IMG/VR virus record: IMGVR_UViG_3300027769_000048
Location: 1-43,233 of that record
Source of the DNA: a virus
Taxonomy: Duplodnaviria > Caudoviricetes
Length of the DNA stretch: 43,233 nt
Reading direction: 5' to 3' (one strand)
Position numbers and translations under genes: made by a program. Shown here in pieces: positions 26,943-34,682 of the stretch. The stretch's first letter is position 1. Every line of letters starts with the position of its first letter. Below the pieces are notes generated by a model, which was not told where the DNA came from, did not search any database, and saw nothing but the letters and a program-made list of their open reading frames with translations.

Positions 26943-29300
26943 TTGCACAGGTGGGGTGGAATTGGTGCTGAAAGCATCCAACTCTGCGCCTTGAACACCG
27001 AAAACGCCGCGTCCACACCGGTGGAAGAACTGCAGCGGCATAGGGAACGGCGCGAGATCAGGCGTGCCCAGGAGGCCGCGGCCAACCAGCACAAGACCCT
27101 GATGGCTCGTGGGTTGACCGGCAGGACCAAGCCCGGTGTTCGGCTGATGAAGGACTACGCCGAGCTGCTGTCGGTGAGCCTTGATGCGTTGCTCAGTGAG
27201 CTGGTGGTGGACCCGGAGAAGCCGGGGCTGTATTTCGCTCACTGGCCGCTGCTGCTGCACTTCTGTGACCGGGGCCCCAGGTCCATTTCATTGATTGCGC
27301 TGGGTGTGGTGGTGGACAAGATCACCACCAGGCCGAAGCGATTGGCGTTGGCGCGGTTGATTGGTCGTGCGCTGCAGCAGGAGCTCGAGGCCACACGCAT
27401 CACCAAGGATCACGGCGACGCACTATTCCGTCACCTGCGGAAGGAGTTCGGCCGCCGTGCGGTGTCGTTCAAGGTGATGCGTCAGCTGCGGATGGAGCCA
27501 TCGGGGTGGACGACAGCAGAGCGTGCCGGTGTGGGCAACCTGCTGCTGGAGGTGATTGCAACGCAGACGGGACTGATCAGCTTTGCGACCAACCGTGATC
27601 AGACCGTGCAGCCGTCTGAGACGGTGCTGGAGTTGATCAAGGCAGAGCTGCCATGGCCGCTGCCGATACGTGATCTGCCGTCCTTAATTCCACCGGAGCC
27701 GTGGAGTGGTTTGCAGCGTGGCAGCAAGGCGCTGATCACCAGCCGTCAACCGATGGCGATGGATCACCTGACGCCAGAGGGTGTGAAGACTGCTCTGAGC
27801 GTGGTGAACACGGTTGAGCAGCAGGAGCTGCGCGTGGATCCATGGATGGTGCGTCTGCAGCGCGAGGCATGGGACAGCAACATGCAGGGCCTGTTCCCGG
27901 TGCGCCGTGACCCTGAGAAGTGGGGGTCGCTGCCGGAGGAGGCAGCACTGCGCTGCCGGATTGAAGAAGCCATCCGCCAGGGGGAGGAGGTCGCTGGCCG
28001 GCCGATCTGGTTGCGGCATGACTTCGATTTCCGCGGACGGCTGTATGCCGGCAGCAGGGTGCTGGGGCACCAGGGCCCGGATCACCAGAAGGCGCTGCTG
28101 TCGTTTGCCCATGGCGAGCGGATGAATGACGATGCGTTTGAACAGCTGCTGGCGGCCGCGGCAGGGCACTACGGGCTGGGCCACAGCAGCTGGGCTGAGC
28201 GGGTGCAGTGGGGTCGTGCCCACCTGGATCAGATCGAAGCGATCGTCAGTGCGCCGCTGGATCGCTCTGACCTGTGGCGAGCAGCGTCTGACCCGTGGCA
28301 GTACCTGCAGTGCTGCAAGGCCATTGCTGACTTCCTGGCGGATGACAGCACGCCGTGTGGGTGCCCGGTGCGGTTTGACCAGACCTGCAGCGGGATGGGA
28401 ATTATCGCGGCGCTGACCCGTGACCAGGCCCTGGCGCGTCACACGAACATGATCGGCAGCACCCGCCGCGACCTGTACGCCCACATGGCGGAGGCGCTGA
28501 CCAACCAGCTGCGGATGGACCTGGATTCATTCGACTTCCATGCCCAGCGGCAGGCTGAGTTCTGGCTGAAGAAACGGATCGACCGATCGCTCACCAAGGT
28601 GCCCACCCTGACGGTGGTGTATGGGGCGAAGTACTTCTCCTTGGTGGACTACCTGCAGAGCTGGCTGCAGGAGGAGAGCCCGGATGTGCCGGTGTCGCAG
28701 TGGCAGTGGGAGTACACCCGACCGGCCAGCTACATGGCCAAGAAGCTGGGTGAGGTGATCAAGGCTGAGCTGATCAGCTGCGTGGCGCTGGAGACCTGGC
28801 TGCGCAAGGTCAGCATGATCTGCATCAAGAAGCAGCAGACGGTGCGGTGGACCAGCCCGATGGGGTTCCCGCTGGCCTTTGGGAACCGGCTCGAGGAGCA
28901 GGAGAAGACGAGCACCGCCATCCACGGTGCACGCCGCTGGAAGCGCCATGACACCGATGTGGCACCGGGTGAGCTCAGCGCGAGGAACACCAACCGCGGG
29001 ATCACGGCCAACACCATCCATGTGTTCGATGCGGCGCTGGTTCACGCAGTGGTTGTCGCATGTGGGAAGGTCCGAACGCCGGTGCTGACCAACCACGACT
29101 GCTTTGCCACGGTGCCGTCCAGGGCGACATGGCTCCACCAGACGTTGCTGAGTGAACTGCGATCGCTGTACCTGGGCAACTGGCTGCCGGAGATGCGGCA
29201 AGAAGTCAGTCGTAATGCCCGTGTTCAACTGCCGCACCCACCGCTGGTTGGTGATCTGTGCGAGGGGCAGATCGGGCAAAACCCTTACGTGTTCTGCTGA
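26943..29300 (+). CDS. T7-type single-subunit RNA polymerase (divergent)
   Basis: DFRGRLY, motif A DQTCSG, motif B RSLTK...T..YG, N.IH..D and motif C NHDCF. The true start may be the TTG at 26991 or the GTG at 27021. Confidence 0.92.
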   Translation: MHRWGGIGAESIQLCALNTENAASTPVEELQRHRERREIRRAQEAAANQHKTLMARGLTGRTKPGVRLMKDYAELLSVSLDALLSELVVDPEKPGLYFAHWPLLLHFCDRGPRSISLIALGVVVDKITTRPKRLALARLIGRALQQELEATRITKDHGDALFRHLRKEFGRRAVSFKVMRQLRMEPSGWTTAERAGVGNLLLEVIATQTGLISFATNRDQTVQPSETVLELIKAELPWPLPIRDLPSLIPPEPWSGLQRGSKALITSRQPMAMDHLTPEGVKTALSVVNTVEQQELRVDPWMVRLQREAWDSNMQGLFPVRRDPEKWGSLPEEAALRCRIEEAIRQGEEVAGRPIWLRHDFDFRGRLYAGSRVLGHQGPDHQKALLSFAHGERMNDDAFEQLLAAAAGHYGLGHSSWAERVQWGRAHLDQIEAIVSAPLDRSDLWRAASDPWQYLQCCKAIADFLADDSTPCGCPVRFDQTCSGMGIIAALTRDQALARHTNMIGSTRRDLYAHMAEALTNQLRMDLDSFDFHAQRQAEFWLKKRIDRSLTKVPTLTVVYGAKYFSLVDYLQSWLQEESPDVPVSQWQWEYTRPASYMAKKLGEVIKAELISCVALETWLRKVSMICIKKQQTVRWTSPMGFPLAFGNRLEEQEKTSTAIHGARRWKRHDTDVAPGELSARNTNRGITANTIHVFDAALVHAVVVACGKVRTPVLTNHDCFATVPSRATWLHQTLLSELRSLYLGNWLPEMRQEVSRNARVQLPHPPLVGDLCEGQIGQNPYVFC

Positions 29301-29336
29301 TCTAGCCCCGCGTCTCAAGCGGACTCCTAGGAGCCC

Positions 29337-29388
29337 TTGCCCGCAGCACCTAGGGGCAGGTATGGTCCCGGTGTTCTGCACATGTGCA
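29337..29388 (+). promoter_or_regulatory. Sigma70-like promoter and operators for the ssb/replication operon
   Basis: TTGCCC-18 bp-TATGGT with CACCTAGGGG in the spacer. The perfect palindrome TGCACATGTGCA is at 29377-29388, and CTCCTAGGAG is at 29324. Confidence 0.6.
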
Positions 29389-29392
29389 TCAC

Positions 29393-30070
29393 ATGCCACG
29401 CGAGTTGATCGTCTCCCCGAGGGGGGAGGCGCTCTGGGCCAAGGTCCTTGGTGAAGCCGCTGACGGCTACGAGGAAGGCGACCCTCGTGCCTGGTCGATC
29501 TCTCTGCTGCTGGACCCCAACGACCCGGAGACCCTGGCCTTCATTGAGCGACTGGAAGCTCAGTTCGAGGCCATGCACGGCAAGGGGGTGAAGGTGGCAG
29601 CCAACGGCTGGCCGTTTGCTGATGAGACCACCAAGGACGAGAAGGGTCGGCCGGTGCCCACCGGCAAGGTGAAGTTCAACTTCAAGCGCAAGGAGTTCAC
29701 CGCCAAGGGCAATGCCAAGCCGGCGCCGGTGGTGGTGGACGCCAAGAAGAAGGCATGGCCTCAGGACATGCTGATCGGCAACGGCAGCAAGGTGAAGATC
29801 GCCTTCTCGCCCTGGTCCTGGTCTGGTGCCAGCGGCAAGGGGATGAGCCTCGAGCTCGAATCGCTGCAGGTGCTGGACCTGGTGCCGTTTGACAAGCCGG
29901 CCGCCACCGATGCCTTTGATGAGGAGGAGGGCTTTGAGGTGATCACTCCTGAGAGTGAGACCCCGTTCGCTGCTGAGCCGGAGCCGCAGGGCTTCTCTGC
30001 CCAGCTGCGTGCCCGCGCCGCTCAGGTGATGGCTGAAGCCAACGACCTGACGGGAGAAGTTCCCTTCTGA
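29393..30070 (+). CDS. ssb: ssDNA-binding protein (T7 gp2.5-like)
   Basis: SPRG.A.WA; FKRK; P.VVDA; IGNGSKVK; GMSLELESLQVLDLV; acidic tail ending PF. Confidence 0.9.
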   Translation: MPRELIVSPRGEALWAKVLGEAADGYEEGDPRAWSISLLLDPNDPETLAFIERLEAQFEAMHGKGVKVAANGWPFADETTKDEKGRPVPTGKVKFNFKRKEFTAKGNAKPAPVVVDAKKKAWPQDMLIGNGSKVKIAFSPWSWSGASGKGMSLELESLQVLDLVPFDKPAATDAFDEEEGFEVITPESETPFAAEPEPQGFSAQLRARAAQVMAEANDLTGEVPF

Positions 30071-30435
30071 TGGAAAGCGCGGAGTTTCTGTTCCGTGTTC
30101 CCCTGATGTCCAAGGCGCGGCCGCGCTCATCACCCAGAGGCGGCCGGCCGTACATGCCAGCCACCTACGTGAACTGGAAGGCCAGCCTGCGTGGGCTGAT
30201 GGGTGAGTGGTGGACCATGCCACCACGGCCGCATGTCCCTGTTCTGGTGTTGGTCTTCAGCGGTCCTGCCCGCGGCGATCTGGACAACCTGGCCGGCGCT
30301 GTTCTGGACGCTGGCAACGGGTTGATCTGGACCGATGACCGGGTGTCGGTTGTCAATTCCATGGTCCTGAAGTTCGCCAAGGCGAAGCCGAAGGACTCGT
30401 CCATCTACATGAAAGTCTTTTGGGAGAAGAGCTGA
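30070..30435 (+). CDS. rusA: RusA-family Holliday junction resolvase
   Basis: SKARPR...GDLDNLAGAVLDAGNGLIWTDDR..V, the RusA D.DN....D......DD signature. Confidence 0.88.
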   Translation: MESAEFLFRVPLMSKARPRSSPRGGRPYMPATYVNWKASLRGLMGEWWTMPPRPHVPVLVLVFSGPARGDLDNLAGAVLDAGNGLIWTDDRVSVVNSMVLKFAKAKPKDSSIYMKVFWEKS

Positions 30436-31007
30436 TGCTGTGTCCACATTGCGGTCATCCCGAGTCGCGGATCACCGAGACCCGATCCACTGACAACTAC
30501 GACCGTCGTATCCGGTTGTGCCGTGGTTGTGCCAAGACCTTCCAGACGCTTGAGCGTGTGGCGGTGCACGCCGGCAGAGCGGTTGGCTACATCGAGGTGG
30601 ATTCCTCAGCCGGTCAGCTTGCGGACCCACCTGAGGATCCAGAGCCAGTCGCCGCGGCCAAGCGTGCAGCGGCTGACTACCACCCGGTAGTTGTTGGCCG
30701 TGAGCTCAACGATGTCACTGCCATTGCTCGGCCATTGCTGGTGGAGTGGTGGAACGAGAGCAGGCGCAGTAAGCACCGGCGGCAAGCCACCTGGACCCGT
30801 GCCGCGTGGCTGATGACGGTGAAGCGTGTGGCAGGCCTGCCGGAATGGCAGCAGCTGGCACTGGCCAAGGCTGGTGTTGAGCATGGCTGGCAGACCCTCA
30901 AGCCTGACTACATCAAGGACATGCAGCCACCGGTTGAGGCCGGCCTGGTGCCCAAGAACCAAGCAATGCAGGAGGCAATCTCGCGGTGGAACCTGCAGGG
31001 TGCGTGA
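30435..31007 (+). CDS. NrdR-type Zn-ribbon fused to a replication-initiator-like C-terminal domain
   Basis: MLCPHCGHPESRITETR...RRIRLCRGCAKTFQTLE matches the NrdR N-terminus with no ATP cone. The C-terminal W...RR.K....T.......GVEHGWQTL resembles phage initiator C-termini. Confidence 0.55.
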   Translation: MLCPHCGHPESRITETRSTDNYDRRIRLCRGCAKTFQTLERVAVHAGRAVGYIEVDSSAGQLADPPEDPEPVAAAKRAAADYHPVVVGRELNDVTAIARPLLVEWWNESRRSKHRRQATWTRAAWLMTVKRVAGLPEWQQLALAKAGVEHGWQTLKPDYIKDMQPPVEAGLVPKNQAMQEAISRWNLQGA

Positions 31008-31519
31008 CGATCGAAACGTTCCTGGCCGTGGCCGAGATGATCGCAGCACAGCTGCGCATCAAGGACGCTGACCGGTGGACGCCAACGATCTGTCAGCTGA
31101 AGTACGTGAGCTTCACCGCGGAGTTCCCCGAGGTGAGCGATCCGCAGTTGGTGTGGGCTGCTGAGCAGTGGTTGCAGACCACTGGTGGGAAGGATTTCCT
31201 GAGGTATCCGACCTGGAAGGAGCTGATGGTTCCGCTGTATCGCAGCGAGAACGGGCTGGCGAATCGCAGCTGGGGGTTCCGCGACACCCTGCCAGCGATG
31301 TGTCAGCCCACTGCAGCACAGCTGCAGCTGTTGCCGCAGCGTGCGGTGACGATCACGACCAGCCCTGATCCGCACAACGCCGCGGCCTATCTGCCGTTCA
31401 CCAGCAGCGAGCACCCTGCTCTGCCTCCTGCGCAGGATGAGGGCCCTGGTCTGACACCTGCGAAGTGGGCTGACTACCTCAACTTCTTGGCTGAGGAGGA
31501 GGTGCGATGCAGCCCCTGA
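31004..31519 (+). CDS. Putative helicase loader (lambda P / SPP1 G39P-like)
   Basis: GTGA overlap with the upstream gene. The pattern VSDPQLVWAAEQWL...FLRYPTWKEL resembles loader motifs ending F.PT..E. Confidence 0.4.
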   Translation: MTIETFLAVAEMIAAQLRIKDADRWTPTICQLKYVSFTAEFPEVSDPQLVWAAEQWLQTTGGKDFLRYPTWKELMVPLYRSENGLANRSWGFRDTLPAMCQPTAAQLQLLPQRAVTITTSPDPHNAAAYLPFTSSEHPALPPAQDEGPGLTPAKWADYLNFLAEEEVRCSP

Positions 31520-31716
31520 TCACCAACCTCGAGCTCAGGGACATCCTTGAGCGTGGGCTGGCGAGTGGGTTGTGGTCCATCAATCAGTTCAACAGGACCG
31601 CGAGGGAACCAACGCTGCCCAGCAAGGAGTTCCTGGAAGAGCATCCACAGTTCTTGGATCCTGGATTCCGGGACATGGATGCTTACCGAAGGTCTGGCCA
31701 CCGGGCTTTGCTGTGA
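31507..31716 (+). CDS. Hypothetical protein
   Basis: GGAGG RBS, 69 aa, coupled in the operon. Confidence 0.6.
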   Translation: MQPLITNLELRDILERGLASGLWSINQFNRTAREPTLPSKEFLEEHPQFLDPGFRDMDAYRRSGHRALL

Positions 31717-31886
31717 GCTGGTCAGCGTTTCGCGAGGGACAGCCCGTCAGGTTTTACACGACTGACGGGTGGAAGAAGGGGGTTGTCGCAACCGTGTATC
31801 CGAACAGCTGCAGCATCCTCTGGAGTGCCGGCAGCAATCAGAAGATCACCCGAGTATTCGATGAACGCAATGTCAAGCCTCAGTGA
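31713..31886 (+). CDS. Small SH3/Tudor-like hypothetical protein
   Basis: GTG start. FREGQPVRF....WKKGVV pattern. Confidence 0.5.
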   Translation: MSWSAFREGQPVRFYTTDGWKKGVVATVYPNSCSILWSAGSNQKITRVFDERNVKPQ

Positions 31887-32067
31887 AGACCAACTGCTTG
31901 AGGAGGACCATCAGCTTGATGTCACCGTTGGCACGATCAAGCGCCTAATCCTGTTCGGCATGGAGCGCTACAACGAGTCCGTCAAGTCTGGCTACAAGTA
32001 CGGCGAGGCCTACAACGACGGCTACATCCGTGCGCTGAAGCATGTCTTGGAAGCGGGGCAGCAGTGA
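31870..32067 (+). CDS. Hypothetical protein
   Basis: MSSLSEDQ...YNDGYIRALKHVLE. The start could be 31861. Confidence 0.55.
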   Translation: MSSLSEDQLLEEDHQLDVTVGTIKRLILFGMERYNESVKSGYKYGEAYNDGYIRALKHVLEAGQQ

Positions 32068-32303
32068 TGGGACGCATCCAACCCAGCTATGCCATCCCAC
32101 CCACCATGGATGGCCCGCAGCCGATCCTTGGTGATGGTGTCAGCAGGCCGTTGCCTGGTGAGAGAACCAAGCTGTTCAACCTGCTGGTGACCTTGAAGGG
32201 ATCCAACCCCATGAAGGTCAGCATCCTTGCTGCCACTGCCGCTAAGGCCAAGCGCTACGCCAAGAACCGCTGGCCCGATTCCAACGCGATCATCGTCAAA
32301 TGA
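32064..32303 (+). CDS. Hypothetical protein
   Basis: Coupled by GTGA and ATGA overlaps, with an AKRYAKNRWP motif. Confidence 0.6.
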   Translation: MMGRIQPSYAIPPTMDGPQPILGDGVSRPLPGERTKLFNLLVTLKGSNPMKVSILAATAAKAKRYAKNRWPDSNAIIVK

Positions 32304-32515
32304 CTCTGCTGAAGGACCTTTCCACGCTGTACTGGGCGCTGGGTGAGTACGGCATTGATGACCCCCGCCGGATGAAGGCAGTGGTCTTTGAGCTCAGCAA
32401 GCGCATCCGCAGCTGGGCGCCTGATCCTGGCCAAGCCAAGATCTGCCACCTTGCCATCAACGAGGTGGCTGACCGTCTCATTCGTGATTGTCAGGACGAT
32501 GAAAGCGCTGATTGA
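32300..32515 (+). CDS. Hypothetical protein
   Basis: 71 aa with ATGA overlap. Confidence 0.6.
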   Translation: MTLLKDLSTLYWALGEYGIDDPRRMKAVVFELSKRIRSWAPDPGQAKICHLAINEVADRLIRDCQDDESAD

Positions 32516-33239
32516 TGCTGAGCTGTTCCTGTACCGCTGCGCGGCAGGGGCTGAGTTTGAAGCTGAGTGGGCACCGAACGACTGGACTTACTTTTGCCGG
32601 CACGGGGAAGCGCAGGCCAGCTTCCAAGACCAGGTGGCTGAGTTCATGGACCAGCTGCCCAACTTTGATGCGGTGCTGGTCTTCAGTGAGGGGCCAAGCT
32701 TCCGGCACTCTCTCTGGCCGGCGTACAAGGCGACCAGGAAGAAGTACCGCAAGCCAGCTGGTTACGGCCGGCTGATCGAGTGGGTGAAGACTGTGGCACC
32801 TGGCCGCGGCTGGTCCATCGCAACGCTGCCTGAGGTTGAAGGCGATGACGTGCTGGGGATCCTCTGCGATCCCGGTGATGTGATCGTCAGCCAGGACAAG
32901 GACATGCTCACCCTCCCAGGCCTTCACCTGCGGGAGGAGGGCTTGATTGAAGTGACCCGCCGTGATGCGGACATGGCCTTCTACTCACAGGCTCTCACCG
33001 GTGATGCAGCGGACAACTACCCCGGCTGTCCGAAGTACGGGCCGGTGACAGCACGCAAGCTGTTGGCGGACTGTGACGACGAGTCCGACATGTGGTTTGC
33101 GGTGCGACGGGCCTACGAGAAGGCCGGCTTCGATGAGCGCTATGCGGTCACTCAGGCCCGCTGTGCTCGTATCCTCCGACCAGGGGAGTACGACCACGAG
33201 CGGGGCATACCGCTGCTGTGGAAGCCACCGGTAGCCTGA
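32499..33239 (+). CDS. 5'-3' exonuclease (T7 gp6-like)
   Basis: ALIDAE; FR....YKATR; EGDDVLGI; SQDKDM; LTGDAADNYPGCP..GPVTA; QARCARILR. Confidence 0.92.
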   Translation: MKALIDAELFLYRCAAGAEFEAEWAPNDWTYFCRHGEAQASFQDQVAEFMDQLPNFDAVLVFSEGPSFRHSLWPAYKATRKKYRKPAGYGRLIEWVKTVAPGRGWSIATLPEVEGDDVLGILCDPGDVIVSQDKDMLTLPGLHLREEGLIEVTRRDADMAFYSQALTGDAADNYPGCPKYGPVTARKLLADCDDESDMWFAVRRAYEKAGFDERYAVTQARCARILRPGEYDHERGIPLLWKPPVA

Positions 33240-33256
33240 TGGTGTGATGCACCTGT

Positions 33257-33451
33257 GTGGTGGTTCCTCTCCCGCGTCTATCCGAACAGCTGGTTGCGGC
33301 TCTGGCGGCTCAGTTCCCAGAGCGCTCTGCTGAGCTGAATTGGAATGAGAAGGAGGTCTGGTTTTACGCCGGACAGGTGTCAGTTGTTCGCTGGCTTGCC
33401 TTGAAGCTGGAGGAACAGGAGGAAGGCTTGTTCAACTTGGAGGACGGCTGA
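33257..33451 (+). CDS. Small conserved T7-like pre-portal protein (gp6.5-like)
   Basis: LSEQLV.AL...FP...EVWFYAGQVSVVRWL pattern and its position. Confidence 0.6.
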   Translation: MVVPLPRLSEQLVAALAAQFPERSAELNWNEKEVWFYAGQVSVVRWLALKLEEQEEGLFNLEDG

Positions 33452-33840
33452 TGTGCATGGGAGGCGGCCAGGCAGCCACGATCACCATGCCTGACACCGG
33501 TGCTTACGACCGGCTGGGGCAGGGTCAGATCGACGCGATGAAGTCGGTCATGGAAAGCGGCACCCAGATGAAGCAGCAGCAGCTGAACGCAGCGACGCTG
33601 GCGCAGCAGAAGGTGATGACCGACCTGCGTGATCTGCGGACGCAGCAGGCCAATGACACGTCAGCTCAAGCGGCACGGCTGGCCGCGTTGATCGGTGTGC
33701 CGCCACCGGAGAAGGCGTCAGAGGCTCCTGTGGTGGGCCGGAACCGGGGCACGCTCACATCAAAGGGCAAGGGCGCTCTGCGTATTGAGCGAGCTGTTGC
33801 ATCGTCCTCTGGTCAGGGTGCTGGCCTCAACATCACCTAG
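33451..33840 (+). CDS. Virion assembly protein (gp6.7/7.3-like), MC- paralog 1
   Basis: MCMGGG start, ending LRI...GAGLNIT. Confidence 0.65.
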   Translation: MCMGGGQAATITMPDTGAYDRLGQGQIDAMKSVMESGTQMKQQQLNAATLAQQKVMTDLRDLRTQQANDTSAQAARLAALIGVPPPEKASEAPVVGRNRGTLTSKGKGALRIERAVASSSGQGAGLNIT

Positions 33841-33851
33841 GAGAACCAGCC

Positions 33852-34244
33852 ATGTGCTTCGCGCAACCCCAGGCACCAAACATCGTCTACCAGGGCCCCA
33901 GTGACGCTGAGATCGAGGCGAACCGTGCCTCGTTGGATCAGTACCGCTCGCAGATGGGACAGCAGCAGGCGGACTTCCAGAAGCAACTGCAGGCTCAGAT
34001 CGACGCAGCGAATTCCGAGACCGACAGGATCAAGCAGCAGTACGAGGCGGATGCTGCTGCAGCTGCTGCCGCGGCCGCTGCCCAGCAGACCGGCAGCTAT
34101 GCGGTGACTGCATCGCAGACCGCACCGGTCAATGCTCAGACCACTGCGGCCACAACCAAGAAGGAGAAGCCCAAGAGCACGCTCAAGATCAGCACTGGCG
34201 GCGTGGCTGCATCGGCTGGCTCTGGTCTCAACATCGGGGTCTGA
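33852..34244 (+). CDS. Virion assembly protein (gp6.7/7.3-like), MC- paralog 2
   Basis: MCFAQPQAP start, ending LKI...GSGLNIGV. Confidence 0.65.
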   Translation: MCFAQPQAPNIVYQGPSDAEIEANRASLDQYRSQMGQQQADFQKQLQAQIDAANSETDRIKQQYEADAAAAAAAAAAQQTGSYAVTASQTAPVNAQTTAATTKKEKPKSTLKISTGGVAASAGSGLNIGV

Positions 34245-34247
34245 GCC

Positions 34248-34679
34248 ATGTGTGCAGGTAACGCCCAACGCAACGCCGAACATGAAGCCGCCAAGCGGCA
34301 GCGCGAAGCTGATGCTGTCGCCGCTCAGCGGCAGGCTGAGATGAACCGCCTTGCGGCTGAACGGCAAGCCACGGCTGTAGCGCAGCAGGCACAGCTCTTG
34401 GAGATGCAGCAGCAGGCTGCAGCGGAGAAGGGACTGCAGCAGGCGGAAGTGGATCGACTTCAGGCGCAGCAGCAGGAGCGACTGGGTGGTCTTCGATCCA
34501 TGGGCACTGCGGTGTCGCAGTCACTGCGGATCCTTGGCAGTGCTGGCAGCCAGCAGGCACCGACTGCAGCGGTGGCACCACGTCAGAAGGCGCAAGCCGG
34601 TGCCCGATCAACTACTGCATCCCTGCGAATGGGTGCAACCAGTCAGGGCAGGGGCTCTGGCGCCAACGTCGCGGTGTAA
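34248..34679 (+). CDS. Virion assembly protein (gp6.7/7.3-like), MC- paralog 3
   Basis: MCAG start, ending LRM...GSGANVAV. Confidence 0.65.
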   Translation: MCAGNAQRNAEHEAAKRQREADAVAAQRQAEMNRLAAERQATAVAQQAQLLEMQQQAAAEKGLQQAEVDRLQAQQQERLGGLRSMGTAVSQSLRILGSAGSQQAPTAAVAPRQKAQAGARSTTASLRMGATSQGRGSGANVAV

Positions 34680-34682
34680 CTC

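Noticed and set aside
29300-34680. Photosynthesis or nucleotide auxiliary genes (psbA, hli, talC, nrd)
   Set aside because: No ORF shows the relevant motifs.
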